From Acidimicrobiales bacterium (GTDB taxonomy: Bacteria > Actinomycetota > Acidimicrobiia > Acidimicrobiales > Aldehydirespiratoraceae), in NCBI GenBank assembly GCA_965214945.1, contig OZ244029.1:872533-936532 (forward strand): 64,000 nt of DNA. Direction: 5' to 3'. A program made the position numbers and the translations under genes. The notes beneath the pieces were generated by a model, which ran no database searches, had not been told where the DNA came from, and saw only the letters and a program-made list of their open reading frames with translations. Shown here one piece after another: positions 49,368 through 59,082 of the stretch. Numbering within the stretch: the first letter of the stretch is position 1; every line of letters begins with the position of its first letter.

Positions 49368-50332
49368 GCGACGCTCGACTCAAGCGTCTACGCCATGAAG
49401 CGGCCACGGCGCGGCTCGGCAGAGAATGGCTGAGAGAGATTCGAGCCGCGTGTGCAGAGGTCAGCAGGCGTTTCGACCCGACAATATATGGAGTTTCCGA
49501 ACCATCTTGGACCGGAGCAGAGATCGACAACCTCGTCCGGGACGTCACAACCGAACGTCTCTTGGGGCAAGGCCAGCTTGCTTACATTCTCGACGTCGCC
49601 GAGACGATCGGTGGCGTGCATCGCCTGCTTTGCCACCAGGTCCGTCGGGCGCTCGTTGCACGACACCACTGCACAGTCATCGATCGGCTCTTGACCCGGA
49701 TCACTACGCTCCTTGACGGCATCGAAGCCTACGAACGTGTCCCTGCCACCTCTCCGGTGCGCTACCGTCCCGTGGGCTCCGACTGGGGTGTTGTGGGGCC
49801 GTCGGCTGAAGATCTTCGTCGCGCTAGTGCCCGTGTCCGGTTGCTGCCGATATCAGCGGCGAGCAGGGATCGTGCTCCAGCCATTTTCCGCAGTGAAGTC
49901 CTCGACAGAGTGGTGGCGGATTGCTTCGACGCGTGCGAGACTAGTCTGTCGATCGACGACTTTGGCCGGATTCTTCGTGAGGCATTGACATCTTGGTTTC
50001 CCGTCGTCCTTGAACTGGAGGAGGAGATCGACGTGGAGTCTCCGGATACCGTCGACCTCCTCAGCGAACTGGAGCAGACCGTGACCCTGATCATCGATGA
50101 CCTCAAAGAGACACACAGGTCGGTCTTGGTGACCAAGCTGCGAGGAGCGCCAGATTCGGCACTGGCCGAGCAGCTGTCAGTCAGTCGCCCGACCGCCGTG
50201 AGCGCTAAGCTTGACGCGTTCGCTGAACTCCAGAGTGCTTGGCAGCGGTGCGCTTCCGATCTTGCGCCAGCTCACCACGCTACGCTTGCCCAAGTCCTCT
50301 ACTTGCGCCTCAAAGAGCAGGTTGGCCAATGA
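49364..50332 (+). CDS. Hypothetical protein with a C-terminal sigma-70 region-4-like HTH
   Basis: The C-terminus LKETHRSVLVTKLRGAPDSALAEQLSVSRPTAVSAKLDAFAELQ matches the region-4/LuxR-type HTH pattern. GTG 49364 overlaps the upstream stop; the ORF track opens at 49319. Confidence 0.45.
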   Translation: MSDARLKRLRHEAATARLGREWLREIRAACAEVSRRFDPTIYGVSEPSWTGAEIDNLVRDVTTERLLGQGQLAYILDVAETIGGVHRLLCHQVRRALVARHHCTVIDRLLTRITTLLDGIEAYERVPATSPVRYRPVGSDWGVVGPSAEDLRRASARVRLLPISAASRDRAPAIFRSEVLDRVVADCFDACETSLSIDDFGRILREALTSWFPVVLELEEEIDVESPDTVDLLSELEQTVTLIIDDLKETHRSVLVTKLRGAPDSALAEQLSVSRPTAVSAKLDAFAELQSAWQRCASDLAPAHHATLAQVLYLRLKEQVGQ

Positions 50333-51306
50333 AAGATCAACAAATGCCCGACTGGCTTACGGAAACGCTGTCGATGACTGAGCCGTACACACGGACGGCG
50401 GAAACTCAAGCACCAGCCGAGATCCGGCCTGGCGATGTGTGCGTCGTATACTCCTCCACGAGATCGGATGCTGTCGTTAGGCTGCTCCTCGCGCGACACG
50501 CCGAAGATGGTTGGTGCGACGGAATGCTCATCAGCGCAGAGACAGAGTTGGCAACGGAGGTCGACGCCATTCTTCCCGGAGAGCAAACCAGGCTTGGTTA
50601 TCGAGTTGCCGTCCACTCTCGTTTCCATGGTCCGATCTGGATCACCCAGATTGCCCGACGTGTGGGGGCAGTCGATCCAGATGTTCTCGACGATATAGAG
50701 CGACTCGCAAGGTATGACGAGGCAGACGTGGACCTCGTGCTCGGCATGCCACTTCAGCCCAAGGGGATCGATCCTCGGTATCCGGCTCTCGAAGCGCTCT
50801 TCGCCGAACTCAAGGTGCTTACCAACCATTGTCGCCGCCTACGCTACGATCTGAGTCCACCGGTCCTTGATCCTTACCTCGCAGAGATCCATGTTTTCCG
50901 CCAACTGCTCACCGAACCCGGATGGGAAATAAAGCTGGCAAACGCAGTAAGCACGCCCGACTTCCAAGATCGGCTGCTGGCGTCGCTGCGAGAACTCTCC
51001 AAAACCGAACGCCGAGGAGCGATGCTCTTCATTGAACGTGCCCTTCATTGTGAACCTACCGCAGTGTCTATATCGGTATCGAAGCAAGCGACAGCCCCTG
51101 GCGAAGTCATGGCAGACCATCGAGACCAGCACGCTCTGGCCGGTGCCATAGCTAGTCGTTCGGATCCGTCGGTCACGCTTTTTTCGCATTCGAGTTGTTG
51201 GGAGCGATCGCCCAGCTTTGCCTTCCGCGCGTACCTCGGAAGCATCGAGGAGAAACACATCAAGATTGACTCGATCGGTGAGCTCCTCATGAAGGATGCT
51301 GCATGA
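50329..51306 (+). CDS. Hypothetical protein; N-terminal MazF/PemK-like pattern (weak) with an unknown C-terminal extension
   Basis: IRPGDVCVVYSS...VVRLLLARH...GMLISAETELATEVDAIL...RRVGAVDPDVLDDI. ATGA overlaps at both ends. A paralogous scar lies at 44558-44662. Confidence 0.4.
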   Translation: MKDQQMPDWLTETLSMTEPYTRTAETQAPAEIRPGDVCVVYSSTRSDAVVRLLLARHAEDGWCDGMLISAETELATEVDAILPGEQTRLGYRVAVHSRFHGPIWITQIARRVGAVDPDVLDDIERLARYDEADVDLVLGMPLQPKGIDPRYPALEALFAELKVLTNHCRRLRYDLSPPVLDPYLAEIHVFRQLLTEPGWEIKLANAVSTPDFQDRLLASLRELSKTERRGAMLFIERALHCEPTAVSISVSKQATAPGEVMADHRDQHALAGAIASRSDPSVTLFSHSSCWERSPSFAFRAYLGSIEEKHIKIDSIGELLMKDAA

Positions 51307-53120
51307 TGTCGTCACGCTTTGGCTTCCGGGCACCACGTCGAACGCGATTGAGCGGAATTGAACTCCGTAACTTCAAGTCTGTTGCTTCGACCGATGTTCC
51401 CCTCACTCCACTGACAGTCGTCGCAGGATCCAATTCTTCTGGGAAGAGTTCACTCCTTCAAGCAGTCCTTGCCCTGACGCAGGTAGCCCGGCGCCGCATT
51501 GACGGACGACGGTTTCCGCTCAACGCCGAACTCACACGTCTTGGCACATTCACATCACTGCGTCATCAGGACGCTGATCCTAATGCGCCTGTCGTGATCG
51601 GAACGCAATTCAACGTTGACCCATGGGACCTGGGAATCCCGTGGCAGCGCCGTCGAGCCTTCAGTGTTGGCCAGACGTCTCATATGGAGCGATTCAAGAA
51701 GTACCCGGTGTCTGTTCGTTGGTCGATTGAGATGGACTTACCCGTCGAGGATCAGATCGGATCTGCCCAGATCTTAGCTGTTGATGTATCTGTCAGCAGT
51801 GACTCTCTAGACTATTCGTGCCGAATTAGGCGGACGTCTGAGCTGTCGAAGGTCCGCGGTCCGCGGATCGATATTGACGATGCTCGGACCTTCAAGGGCT
51901 CTATCAAATCGGGCGATACCGATACAGAAGTACTAGATGCGCGGCTCTTCAGCGGGCAGGTGGCTTCTTTCTTCGGCCAGCTGCCTGAGCCAGCGATCCG
52001 TGTCCGTGAGTGGCTTCAGGCGCTGCTGGAGAGCCACGAAGTTGACGACGGGAAGGAAGTGGCCTCATCGATCGATCGAGAGCGGGCCATCCAGCGTGCA
52101 GTGTGGGCAATCGACAGGGGCCGCGAAGAGGCCTCGGAGTTTGCGGCGTTGTATCTCGCTCAAGACGAAGCCGGTCGTAAGACGTTGGAGGAAGATTTAA
52201 TCAGGGCCTTGAAGGAAGATTTGTCCAGGGCGTCGAAGCGAAACTTCAGGAGGAGGGTACGTGCTGGTGGCGATGGCTCGATCGAGCTACTGACAGGGCA
52301 CACGCCCGCTGCGCTTGTCGGAGCGCAGCGGGCGTGTGCTCAGTATTTGTCGTCGCAGGTCAGATACGTCGGCCCTCTCCGTCACCCGCCTGATCAGCCC
52401 TTCAGCACAGCTCCAGATCCAGATGCTGGAGATGTCGGCGTGGCTGGGCAGCACGTGGCTGCCGTTCTACAGGCCAAAGGAAACGTCAAGAGCAGTTATC
52501 CGTTGCCTCCCGACGTGTCGGCAATGACAGCTTCTGACGACACGACTCTCGAGCATGCCGTCAATCTATGGCTCACGTACTTGGATCTTGCCGAGACACT
52601 GAGTGTGCGAGAGGACACGCCTCTTGTGCTAGGAATCGACTTAGTACCTCCGGGCCTCGCAAGGCCAGTCGGGCTCGGTGCTGTTGGTGTTGGCGTGAGT
52701 CAGGTACTTCCAGTGTTGGTGCAGTGTCTGGTCGCAGGTCCGGGAGCCCTTGTGGTGCTGGAGCAGCCAGAACTCCATCTGCATCCGGGGGCTCAGCAAC
52801 TCCTTGCTGACTTTCTGCTTGCGTGCGTGGACTGGGGCCAGAATTTCCTCATCGAATCGCACAGTGAATATCTGGTTCTCAGGCTTCGTCGTAGGATTGC
52901 TGAGGACGACTCCGGTTCCCGGCTAGAGCAGATCTCGATCTTGTTCGCTGAGCGCAACGGTGGTGCGACTACATACCGCCCGGTCGAGATGACCCCGACC
53001 GGAGGCGTTGTCGATTGGCCTGATGGGTTCTTCGATCAGGGCCCTGACGAGGCATACAAGCTCCTGGTCGCTGCTGCTGACCGCCAGCGTCGAGCACAGG
53101 CAGACAGCGATTCTGGCTAA
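51303..53120 (+). CDS. AAA/ABC-type ATPase with a DUF3696-like C-terminus
   Basis: N-terminus LSGIELRNFKSVASTDVPLTPLTVVAGSNSSGKSSLLQAVLAL (Walker A). LVVLEQPELHLHPGAQQLLADFL (Walker B). ESHSEYLVLRLRR. C-terminal DWPDGFFDQ, which I recall as the DUF3696 signature. Confidence 0.65.
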   Translation: MMSSRFGFRAPRRTRLSGIELRNFKSVASTDVPLTPLTVVAGSNSSGKSSLLQAVLALTQVARRRIDGRRFPLNAELTRLGTFTSLRHQDADPNAPVVIGTQFNVDPWDLGIPWQRRRAFSVGQTSHMERFKKYPVSVRWSIEMDLPVEDQIGSAQILAVDVSVSSDSLDYSCRIRRTSELSKVRGPRIDIDDARTFKGSIKSGDTDTEVLDARLFSGQVASFFGQLPEPAIRVREWLQALLESHEVDDGKEVASSIDRERAIQRAVWAIDRGREEASEFAALYLAQDEAGRKTLEEDLIRALKEDLSRASKRNFRRRVRAGGDGSIELLTGHTPAALVGAQRACAQYLSSQVRYVGPLRHPPDQPFSTAPDPDAGDVGVAGQHVAAVLQAKGNVKSSYPLPPDVSAMTASDDTTLEHAVNLWLTYLDLAETLSVREDTPLVLGIDLVPPGLARPVGLGAVGVGVSQVLPVLVQCLVAGPGALVVLEQPELHLHPGAQQLLADFLLACVDWGQNFLIESHSEYLVLRLRRRIAEDDSGSRLEQISILFAERNGGATTYRPVEMTPTGGVVDWPDGFFDQGPDEAYKLLVAAADRQRRAQADSDSG

Positions 53121-53195
53121 GAACGTGACCCCGACGGATGACGCCCGCTTAGCGGTCGGAGATGCTGCGCCGCTGGCAGTACTGCGCCCAGCGGC

Positions 53196-55622
53196 TTACA
53201 GGCTTCTGACTGGCTCGGGGTTGTCCATGTCGGCACGCCACTTGTGGTAGGCGGCCCACACGATCAGCATTGGTGGCACCAAGAGGATCGAGGCGCCTAG
53301 CGCGTACAGGATTGTGATGCCGGTGACGAGGCCGAACTGCTGAAACGGCAGAATCGGGCTGAAGAGCAGCACCGCGAAGGCGAGCGCTGTGGTGAGCGCC
53401 GATCCGATCAGCGCCGAGCCTGTGGTAGTCAGAGTCGTCGTGGTTGCCTCGAGGAGCGACTTTCCGCTGTCGAGTTCCTCGGTAAAACGGTGGATCACAT
53501 GGATCGTATAGTCGACGCCGATGCCGATCGACAGGGCAGTGATCAGCGCGGTGACGACGTTGTATGGAATCCCGAGAATCGTCATCGACCCGAGCACCCA
53601 AATCAGCACCAGCAGGATCGGCACCACCGCAATGACTGCCAGCATCGGCTTGAACTCGGTGGCCCAGAAGAAGAGCATCAGCACGATCAGGGCAGCGACG
53701 ATCGTGATCGCGATTGACGTGGTCTGACCTGCGGTCATTGCGCTGGTTACTTCGAGGCTGATGATTTCGGCCGAGTTGGCGGTGATCTGGTCGCGGTCGC
53801 CGTACCAGAGTCCTTCGAGGTCGTCGACAAGGGCTTGGGTTCGGTTCTGGTCGCCTGTGAGGGCGTTGAACTGAACCAGCGTGAGGTCTGTGCTGTCGGG
53901 GTTGTCGACTGCGACCTGCCCGAACGCGACCGGGTCGAGTTCTTCGAGCCGGTCGAGAACGGCTTGGACGCCGGCGGCGTCGACTGTCAGGCCCTGGTCG
54001 ATGTCGGAGGTCAGGGTCAGCAGCGCGGCGTCGTACTTGTCGCCCGGCTCGCCCGATTCGGTGACCCAGTCCCTAAACAGAGTGCCGAGCGAGAGGGTGA
54101 TGTCGCTGGCTGCACCGGTCGGGCGGGTCAGCTCGTCGGCGAACGCCTCGGTGAGAGTCAACAGGTTGCGCAGGATGCGATCATCAGTGAGTTCGGCTTC
54201 GACCAGCACCGTGACGACTTCGGTTCTGCCGCCGATTGCTGCGTCGAGGGTCTCGATGTCCTCGAGCGAATCACCGCCCGAAGGCAGGAAGTCCGATGAG
54301 TCGAAGCGGGTGCTGATCTGTGAGGCCGCAACGACGAAGACGATCGCGGAAATGCCCGCAACGGCGAGCACTTGCATCGGCCTGGTGGCGACGAACCGAC
54401 CGATGCGCCCGATGAGCGGGCCGGCACCGGGTATTGCGTCGCCCATGAGGCGGCTCTCGCGGAGCCGGCCCTTGGCCTGCTTGCGCTGATCGAAGATCGT
54501 TCGTGCGGCGGGGACGAGCACGAGCATGGTCAGCAGGCCGAAGAACACGCCGAAGGCAGCGACGACACCGAAGTCACGGTTGGCCGGGAGGCTGGAGGTG
54601 AGGTTGGTGAGGAAACTGATGATCGTCGTGCCAGCGGCGAGCCCCAGAGGGAGCAGCACTCCTGCGAGCCCATGGCGGGCCGCATCGCTGATTGAGCGTC
54701 CTTCGGCGCGCATTTCGCGGTAGTGCGAGACGCTTTGTATCGAGTAGTCGACGACGAGCCCGATCAACATGATCGGAACCATCGTGGTGATCGAGTTCGG
54801 CAGGCCGATGAGCCCGAAGCCTTCGGGGCCGGCAAGACCCTGGAAGCCGATAGTGCCGACAATCGTGATGGCCAGACCGGCTAGCGAGAGCGCCATGTCG
54901 GAACCGCTGCGGAAGAACACAAACAGCAACAAGGCAATGACGACCAGCGCGATCAGCATCAGCGTCGACATCGAAGACTGAGACGTCTCGGAGGACTCCT
55001 CGTTGATGGTGGCGTTGGACAGGCTCCGAACGTCGAGGGGGCCGTCTGCGGCCTCGACGAGGTCGGCGACCACAAGCTCGGCCTCGACCAGGGCGTCGGG
55101 ATCGCCGAGTTCGCGCAGCTTGATGCTGGAAACGGCGACGGGCATGCCGTCTTCTTGGCCGCTCAGGCTGTCGAGCAGGGCCGCGAGTCGGGGCTGGGCC
55201 GCGGCCGCGTCGATGCGAGCTTGGCTTACCGTCGCAAGCTCGTCGACGCCGAGTGCCTGCTTGAAGGCTCCTGCGATCGAGACAACCGGATTTGTGAGAG
55301 CGAGTCGGTCGGCGACCTCTGGCTCGGCCACGACCGCGGCGATTGCCCTGTCGATCTGAGACAGGCCTTCGGGCGTGAGGAACTCGCCTCGGTGAAGCAC
55401 CGTGACGTTTGTCAAGCCTGCGGAGTCGGGGAAGGCGTCACTGAGGGTCTCGCTGGCTTCGGCGACGTCGCTGTCGCCCGGCAGGAACGCCTCGTTACCG
55501 GCCTGCGGGCCGAGAAGAGTGGTGCCGTAGAGCAGCACGCCTGTCAGCACCGCGAGCGTCAGCAGCGCGGTTCGGGGCCGGTTCGTCACCAAGCCGGCTG
55601 TGGTCGTGAATCGTGCGGTCAT
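53196..55622 (-). CDS. MMPL/RND-superfamily membrane transporter
   Basis: 808 aa with two repeated halves. Each half has a large soluble loop followed by a cluster of TM helices (e.g. LMLIALVVIALLLFVFFRSGSDMALSLAGLAITIVGTIGF and IAITIVAALIVLMLFFWATEFKPMLAVIAVVPILLVLIWVLG). Confidence 0.7.
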   Translation of the reverse strand: MTARFTTTAGLVTNRPRTALLTLAVLTGVLLYGTTLLGPQAGNEAFLPGDSDVAEASETLSDAFPDSAGLTNVTVLHRGEFLTPEGLSQIDRAIAAVVAEPEVADRLALTNPVVSIAGAFKQALGVDELATVSQARIDAAAAQPRLAALLDSLSGQEDGMPVAVSSIKLRELGDPDALVEAELVVADLVEAADGPLDVRSLSNATINEESSETSQSSMSTLMLIALVVIALLLFVFFRSGSDMALSLAGLAITIVGTIGFQGLAGPEGFGLIGLPNSITTMVPIMLIGLVVDYSIQSVSHYREMRAEGRSISDAARHGLAGVLLPLGLAAGTTIISFLTNLTSSLPANRDFGVVAAFGVFFGLLTMLVLVPAARTIFDQRKQAKGRLRESRLMGDAIPGAGPLIGRIGRFVATRPMQVLAVAGISAIVFVVAASQISTRFDSSDFLPSGGDSLEDIETLDAAIGGRTEVVTVLVEAELTDDRILRNLLTLTEAFADELTRPTGAASDITLSLGTLFRDWVTESGEPGDKYDAALLTLTSDIDQGLTVDAAGVQAVLDRLEELDPVAFGQVAVDNPDSTDLTLVQFNALTGDQNRTQALVDDLEGLWYGDRDQITANSAEIISLEVTSAMTAGQTTSIAITIVAALIVLMLFFWATEFKPMLAVIAVVPILLVLIWVLGSMTILGIPYNVVTALITALSIGIGVDYTIHVIHRFTEELDSGKSLLEATTTTLTTTGSALIGSALTTALAFAVLLFSPILPFQQFGLVTGITILYALGASILLVPPMLIVWAAYHKWRADMDNPEPVRSL

Positions 55623-55894
55623 GCCGAACCTCGGGTGCTGCCTGCCATGCCGGTCAGCAAGGTAGCGAATTGATCGATGGGCTCCGTGTCCACCCGAACG
55701 AATAGCACTTGGCCGCCGTGGGGTTGACCCCCTCCACGGCTCATTGTCACACCCCAGCTCAATGATTGAGCGATGACCAATCAGACGAATCGAGGCGAAC
55801 GCCGATCGCCCCAGGAATGCCGATCGCTCCAGGAATGGTGTACGGCGGCGGTAGCGGTGCTCCGCAGCAGACCGGTCGTGCGAGGTGGTGACCT

Positions 55895-56557
55895 ATGCCA
55901 GTGACAAGCGAAGCTCTCCTCATCTTACTGGCGTTCGTCGTTCCCGGAGCGCTCTACGAATGGGCATATGAGCGCCAGACTGGGCGATGGAACGATGCAG
56001 CGACGGATCGGCTGATTCGCTTCGTCGCCAGCGCGAGCGTCTTCCACGCTCTGGCGTTCCCGCTGTCATTCGCTGTCTGGCGCGATCACCTGAGGGGCTG
56101 GGAACCGGGGACGGGTAGGTCCATTCCATGGTTCCTCTGGCTGGTTCTCTCGGTTGCGGTGGTCGTGCCGACGCTCCTCGGTTGGCTCGTCGGCTGGGGC
56201 ACACGCTCGGCCAAGCGCTGGGCGCGACCTCTCACTGGCGCTGACCCAGCGCCACGAGCCTGGGACCACCTGTTCTTCCGTAGAGGTGCAGCCTGGGTCC
56301 GCCTCAAACTCAAGTCTGGTCCCTGGGTGGCAGGGAAGTTCGTGGCCAATGACCACAACCCATCGCTTCGCTCCTATGCCGGCGGCTACCCCAATCCTGC
56401 CGACCTCTATCTGCTCTACCGTGTCGAGGTCGACCCTGATTCGGGAGCTTGGCAATTCGATGAGAACGGCCGGATTGTCAAGCTGGAGTCTGGCCTCTTG
56501 GTCCGCTGGGACGAGGTAGAGTTCCTGGAGCACTTCCCGACACGGAGCGAGGACTGA
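55895..56557 (+). CDS. Membrane-anchored hypothetical protein (possibly DUF6338-like)
   Basis: N-terminal TM segments (ALLILLAFVVPGALYEW, FLWLVLSVAVVVPTLLGWLVGW) followed by a soluble domain. The family guess is from memory only. Confidence 0.35.
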   Translation: MPVTSEALLILLAFVVPGALYEWAYERQTGRWNDAATDRLIRFVASASVFHALAFPLSFAVWRDHLRGWEPGTGRSIPWFLWLVLSVAVVVPTLLGWLVGWGTRSAKRWARPLTGADPAPRAWDHLFFRRGAAWVRLKLKSGPWVAGKFVANDHNPSLRSYAGGYPNPADLYLLYRVEVDPDSGAWQFDENGRIVKLESGLLVRWDEVEFLEHFPTRSED

Positions 56558-56767
56558 ATGGGCAAGCACATGAGCAATGAGGGCGTGTAGACGATGACGC
56601 AGCGGGATCGCGAGAGGTTTGTGAAGCGAGGCGGATATGGGGCGACCGAACCTGAGAGTTCGCTGACTCCGCCTCCGCCTTCGACAGGGGCTGGCTACAA
56701 GCCGCCATCGGACTCTGGTCCGAGTTCGGGCTCCGACGCTGAAAAGTCGGGTTCAGACGGAACCTGA

Positions 56768-57010
56768 GGGCCGAGTGGTCTCAACTACGGCCTCGGTGAT
56801 CTCGACGAGCGGATTGCTCTGCGCTGCGGCGGTCTGTCGCTTAGCTATGGGCAGACGCTTGCTGCGGCGGACGGCGCCGCTACGGAGCTTTGTGCCCAAG
56901 GCGTGGCGCCCGGATCGGTGGTGATGTACCGGTGAGGCATCCCGATCGACGTTGTTGTGGGCTTCTTCGCCGCTCGGCTGGCGGGGCTGTGTGGGCAGCG
57001 GTTCGCGCCG
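56768..57010 (+). pseudogene. N-terminal remnant of an AMP-dependent synthetase/ligase
   Basis: IALRCGGLSLSYGQTLAAADGAATELCAQGVAPGSVVMYR, then an in-frame TGA, then GIPIDVVVGFFAARLAG. This is the typical substrate-announcing N-terminus of acyl-CoA ligases. No downstream AMP-binding motifs. Confidence 0.4.
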
Positions 57011-57409
57011 GCGTGCGCGGCGGCGAGTCGACGCCCTTGTCACCTCCTCGATCCCAGGGTGCTGGTCCGACGGTGTGCGCATCACGGGCGGCTCGGGAAT
57101 CGTCGCTGCGCCTGCGCTGTTAGGCGACGGACATCCAGCAGCCTGCAGGGACCGCACACACATCGGGATTGTGGTCATCTAGGAGATCCAGGTCGGAACG
57201 CTGGGCACGCCCGACCGCTAGGCGATCCTGGCCTGGCTGGCGTCGGGGCAAGCCTCGCCTTCATTATCGTGGCGGCATGCGTAGGCTATTATCGTGCTGC
57301 TGAGTGAGGTACCGGCCTCATCTCGACCCAAGACCTCCCGAAATGACGCAGCAGGCACGGAACTCAAGGCGCCTGACCGCGGTCGTCGTGTGGGCAGCTT
57401 TCTGAGGTT

Positions 57410-57428
57410 GGGGGGGGGGGGGGGGGGG
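57410..57428 (+). repeat. G19 homopolymer tract
   Basis: Counted directly (1+10+8 g). It encodes GGGGGG in the frame of 57294. It is flanked by an imperfect 36-nt duplication (ggcacggaactcaaggcgcctgaccgcggtcgtcgt / ggcacagagttcaaggcgcctgactgcggtcatcgt). Confidence 0.9.
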
Positions 57429-58358
57429 TACCTGACGGCACAGAGTTCAAGGCGCCTGACTGCGGTCATCGTTGCCATCGCCGCTGTCGGCACGGCCTGG
57501 ATTCTCGTGCAGACGTACCACGGTGCCTGCGTCACTTCCGACTCCGTCTTCTACTTATCCGCGGCCGAAAATCTTGCGGCCGGTAAGGGCCTGGTCGGCT
57601 TCAGAGGAAACGAGCTGTATTGGTTTCCGCCCGGATACTCGATTAGTCTGGCCGGATTCGAGCTTGCCGGCATCGGAGCACAGGAAGGCGGACGCTACCT
57701 GAACGCAGTCCTGTTTGGCGCCACGATCCTTATCTCGGGCCTGTGGCTCAAGACACTGTGCCGGTCGGGCACGGTTGTGCTGGCGGGCGTGCTCACGACC
57801 GCCAGCACCAAGACATTCTACCACAGCGCTGGCTGTCTCCACTCCGAGCCCTTGTATCTGCTGCTCACGCTCAGCTCTTTGATCCTGGTCAGCGAGGCTG
57901 TCAAGCATGACAGAGCAGGCCGTCGGACGCAGTGGATGCTGCTGGCAGCAGGCCTGCTGTCAGGGCTGTCAGTAGCAACCCGCTACGTCGGCATTGTGAC
58001 CACAGTGAGCAGCTTCTTGCTCCTCCTGTTCTGGCGCCCGTCGCGCACAGCTCTGCGGACCCGGCTGCAGGCTGCGACTATGTTCGGCTTGGCAGCATCG
58101 CTGCCGGTCGTGGCCGTCTTGATCCGCAATCTGGCCGGCACAGGCAGACTTCTCGCAGATCGCCTATATGATAGCACCGGTCGCACCGGTCACTCCATGC
58201 TGGACGCAATCGAGACCATCATCAGGTTTCATTTTATTAGGTTTCAAGTTCATCCCACTTTCACGATCAGTCATCCCACTTTCGCGATCGGATGGATCAT
58301 GCTGTTCACAGCCGTTCTGGCCTACTGGGTGGCTGGAGGACGGCCAACTCCTCACCCT

Positions 58359-58372
58359 CCCCCCCCCCCCCC
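58359..58372 (+). repeat. C14 homopolymer tract at the frame break of paralogue 1
   Basis: Counted directly: ctcaccct + 14 c + gctggctcgg. Confidence 0.9.
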
Positions 58373-59082
58373 GCTGGCTCGGCATCGAGCGCAGCGCCCC
58401 ATTAGCGGCATTTGTTCTGCTCTATGTCGTCACCCTCGTCCTTACTCAGCCATGGAACTCCGGACCGGTTGTCCCTCGTCTTTATATGCCGGCTGCGATT
58501 GCCTTGGTCTTCGTGGGCTGCGAGTCACTGGACGCAGCAATCAGACGCAGCAGCCCCTCGAGGGCACTACGCGAGCCAAGGCTGAACCTTCTGTTGGCCT
58601 ACACGGGCGCTATAATCGTTCTCGTGCTGGCTGCTTCGTTTTACGTCAACGTGAACAGAGCGCGCTACGGGCTCGCTCAGGGCCATCCCGCCGGCGACGT
58701 TGTCGCCGGAATTGTTGAGTCGCCTGTGATCGCTCATCTCCAGCACCACGCCACAGACGCCCGCCTCTACAGCAACCGACCGGCGGGCGTCTACTTGCTG
58801 ACAGGCATCCAGCCGTTGCTACACTTGCCGGCGTGGTGGCCCTGGACTTCGCCGTTGACGGATTCGGACTGTTTCGATCACCTCACCGCCTTCTCGAACC
58901 GTGCAGGCCAGTCAGAGAGCAGAAAGCTCCAAATCGCATGGTTCGACGAACTCAGGAGAGGCGATGCCAGGTTCTATTGCGACATCCCGGCCCTCGCATC
59001 CGGCTCCTCGGAGCTGGAGCTGGTCGAGGAGTTCCCCGACGGAGCGATCTACCGATTCGAGCCCTCCACCTGAGATGCAGAG

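Larger units (their letters stand above)
57294..59073 (+). pseudogene. GT-C-like (PMT/ArnT-type) polytopic membrane protein, paralogue 1; frame broken at a C14 tract, G19 tract near the 5-prime end
   Basis: N-terminal loop SDSVFYLSAAENLAAGKG and FPPGYSISLAGF, with many TM segments. The frame of 57294 runs into the C14 tract (58359-58372). The conserved continuation (RWLGIERSAPLAAFVLLYVV...EFPDGAIYRFEPST) is in the frame of ORF 58168. C13 or C16 would give one ORF. Confidence 0.6.

Noticed and set aside
55757-55771. A 7-1-7 palindrome, gctcaat-g-attgagc, upstream of the MMPL transporter gene, as a possible TetR-type operator.
   Set aside because: It is a single site with no cognate regulator gene in the window. 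It could be a chance palindrome.
56594-56767. A 57-codon ORF (MTQRDRERFVKRGGYGATEPESSLTPPPPSTGAGYKPPSDSGPSSGSDAEKSGSDGT) downstream of the 55895-56557 gene.
   Set aside because: It falls below the length cut-off of the ORF track and is predicted to be disordered and low in complexity. It has no RBS-like sequence that I trust. It might be real, but I cannot support it.
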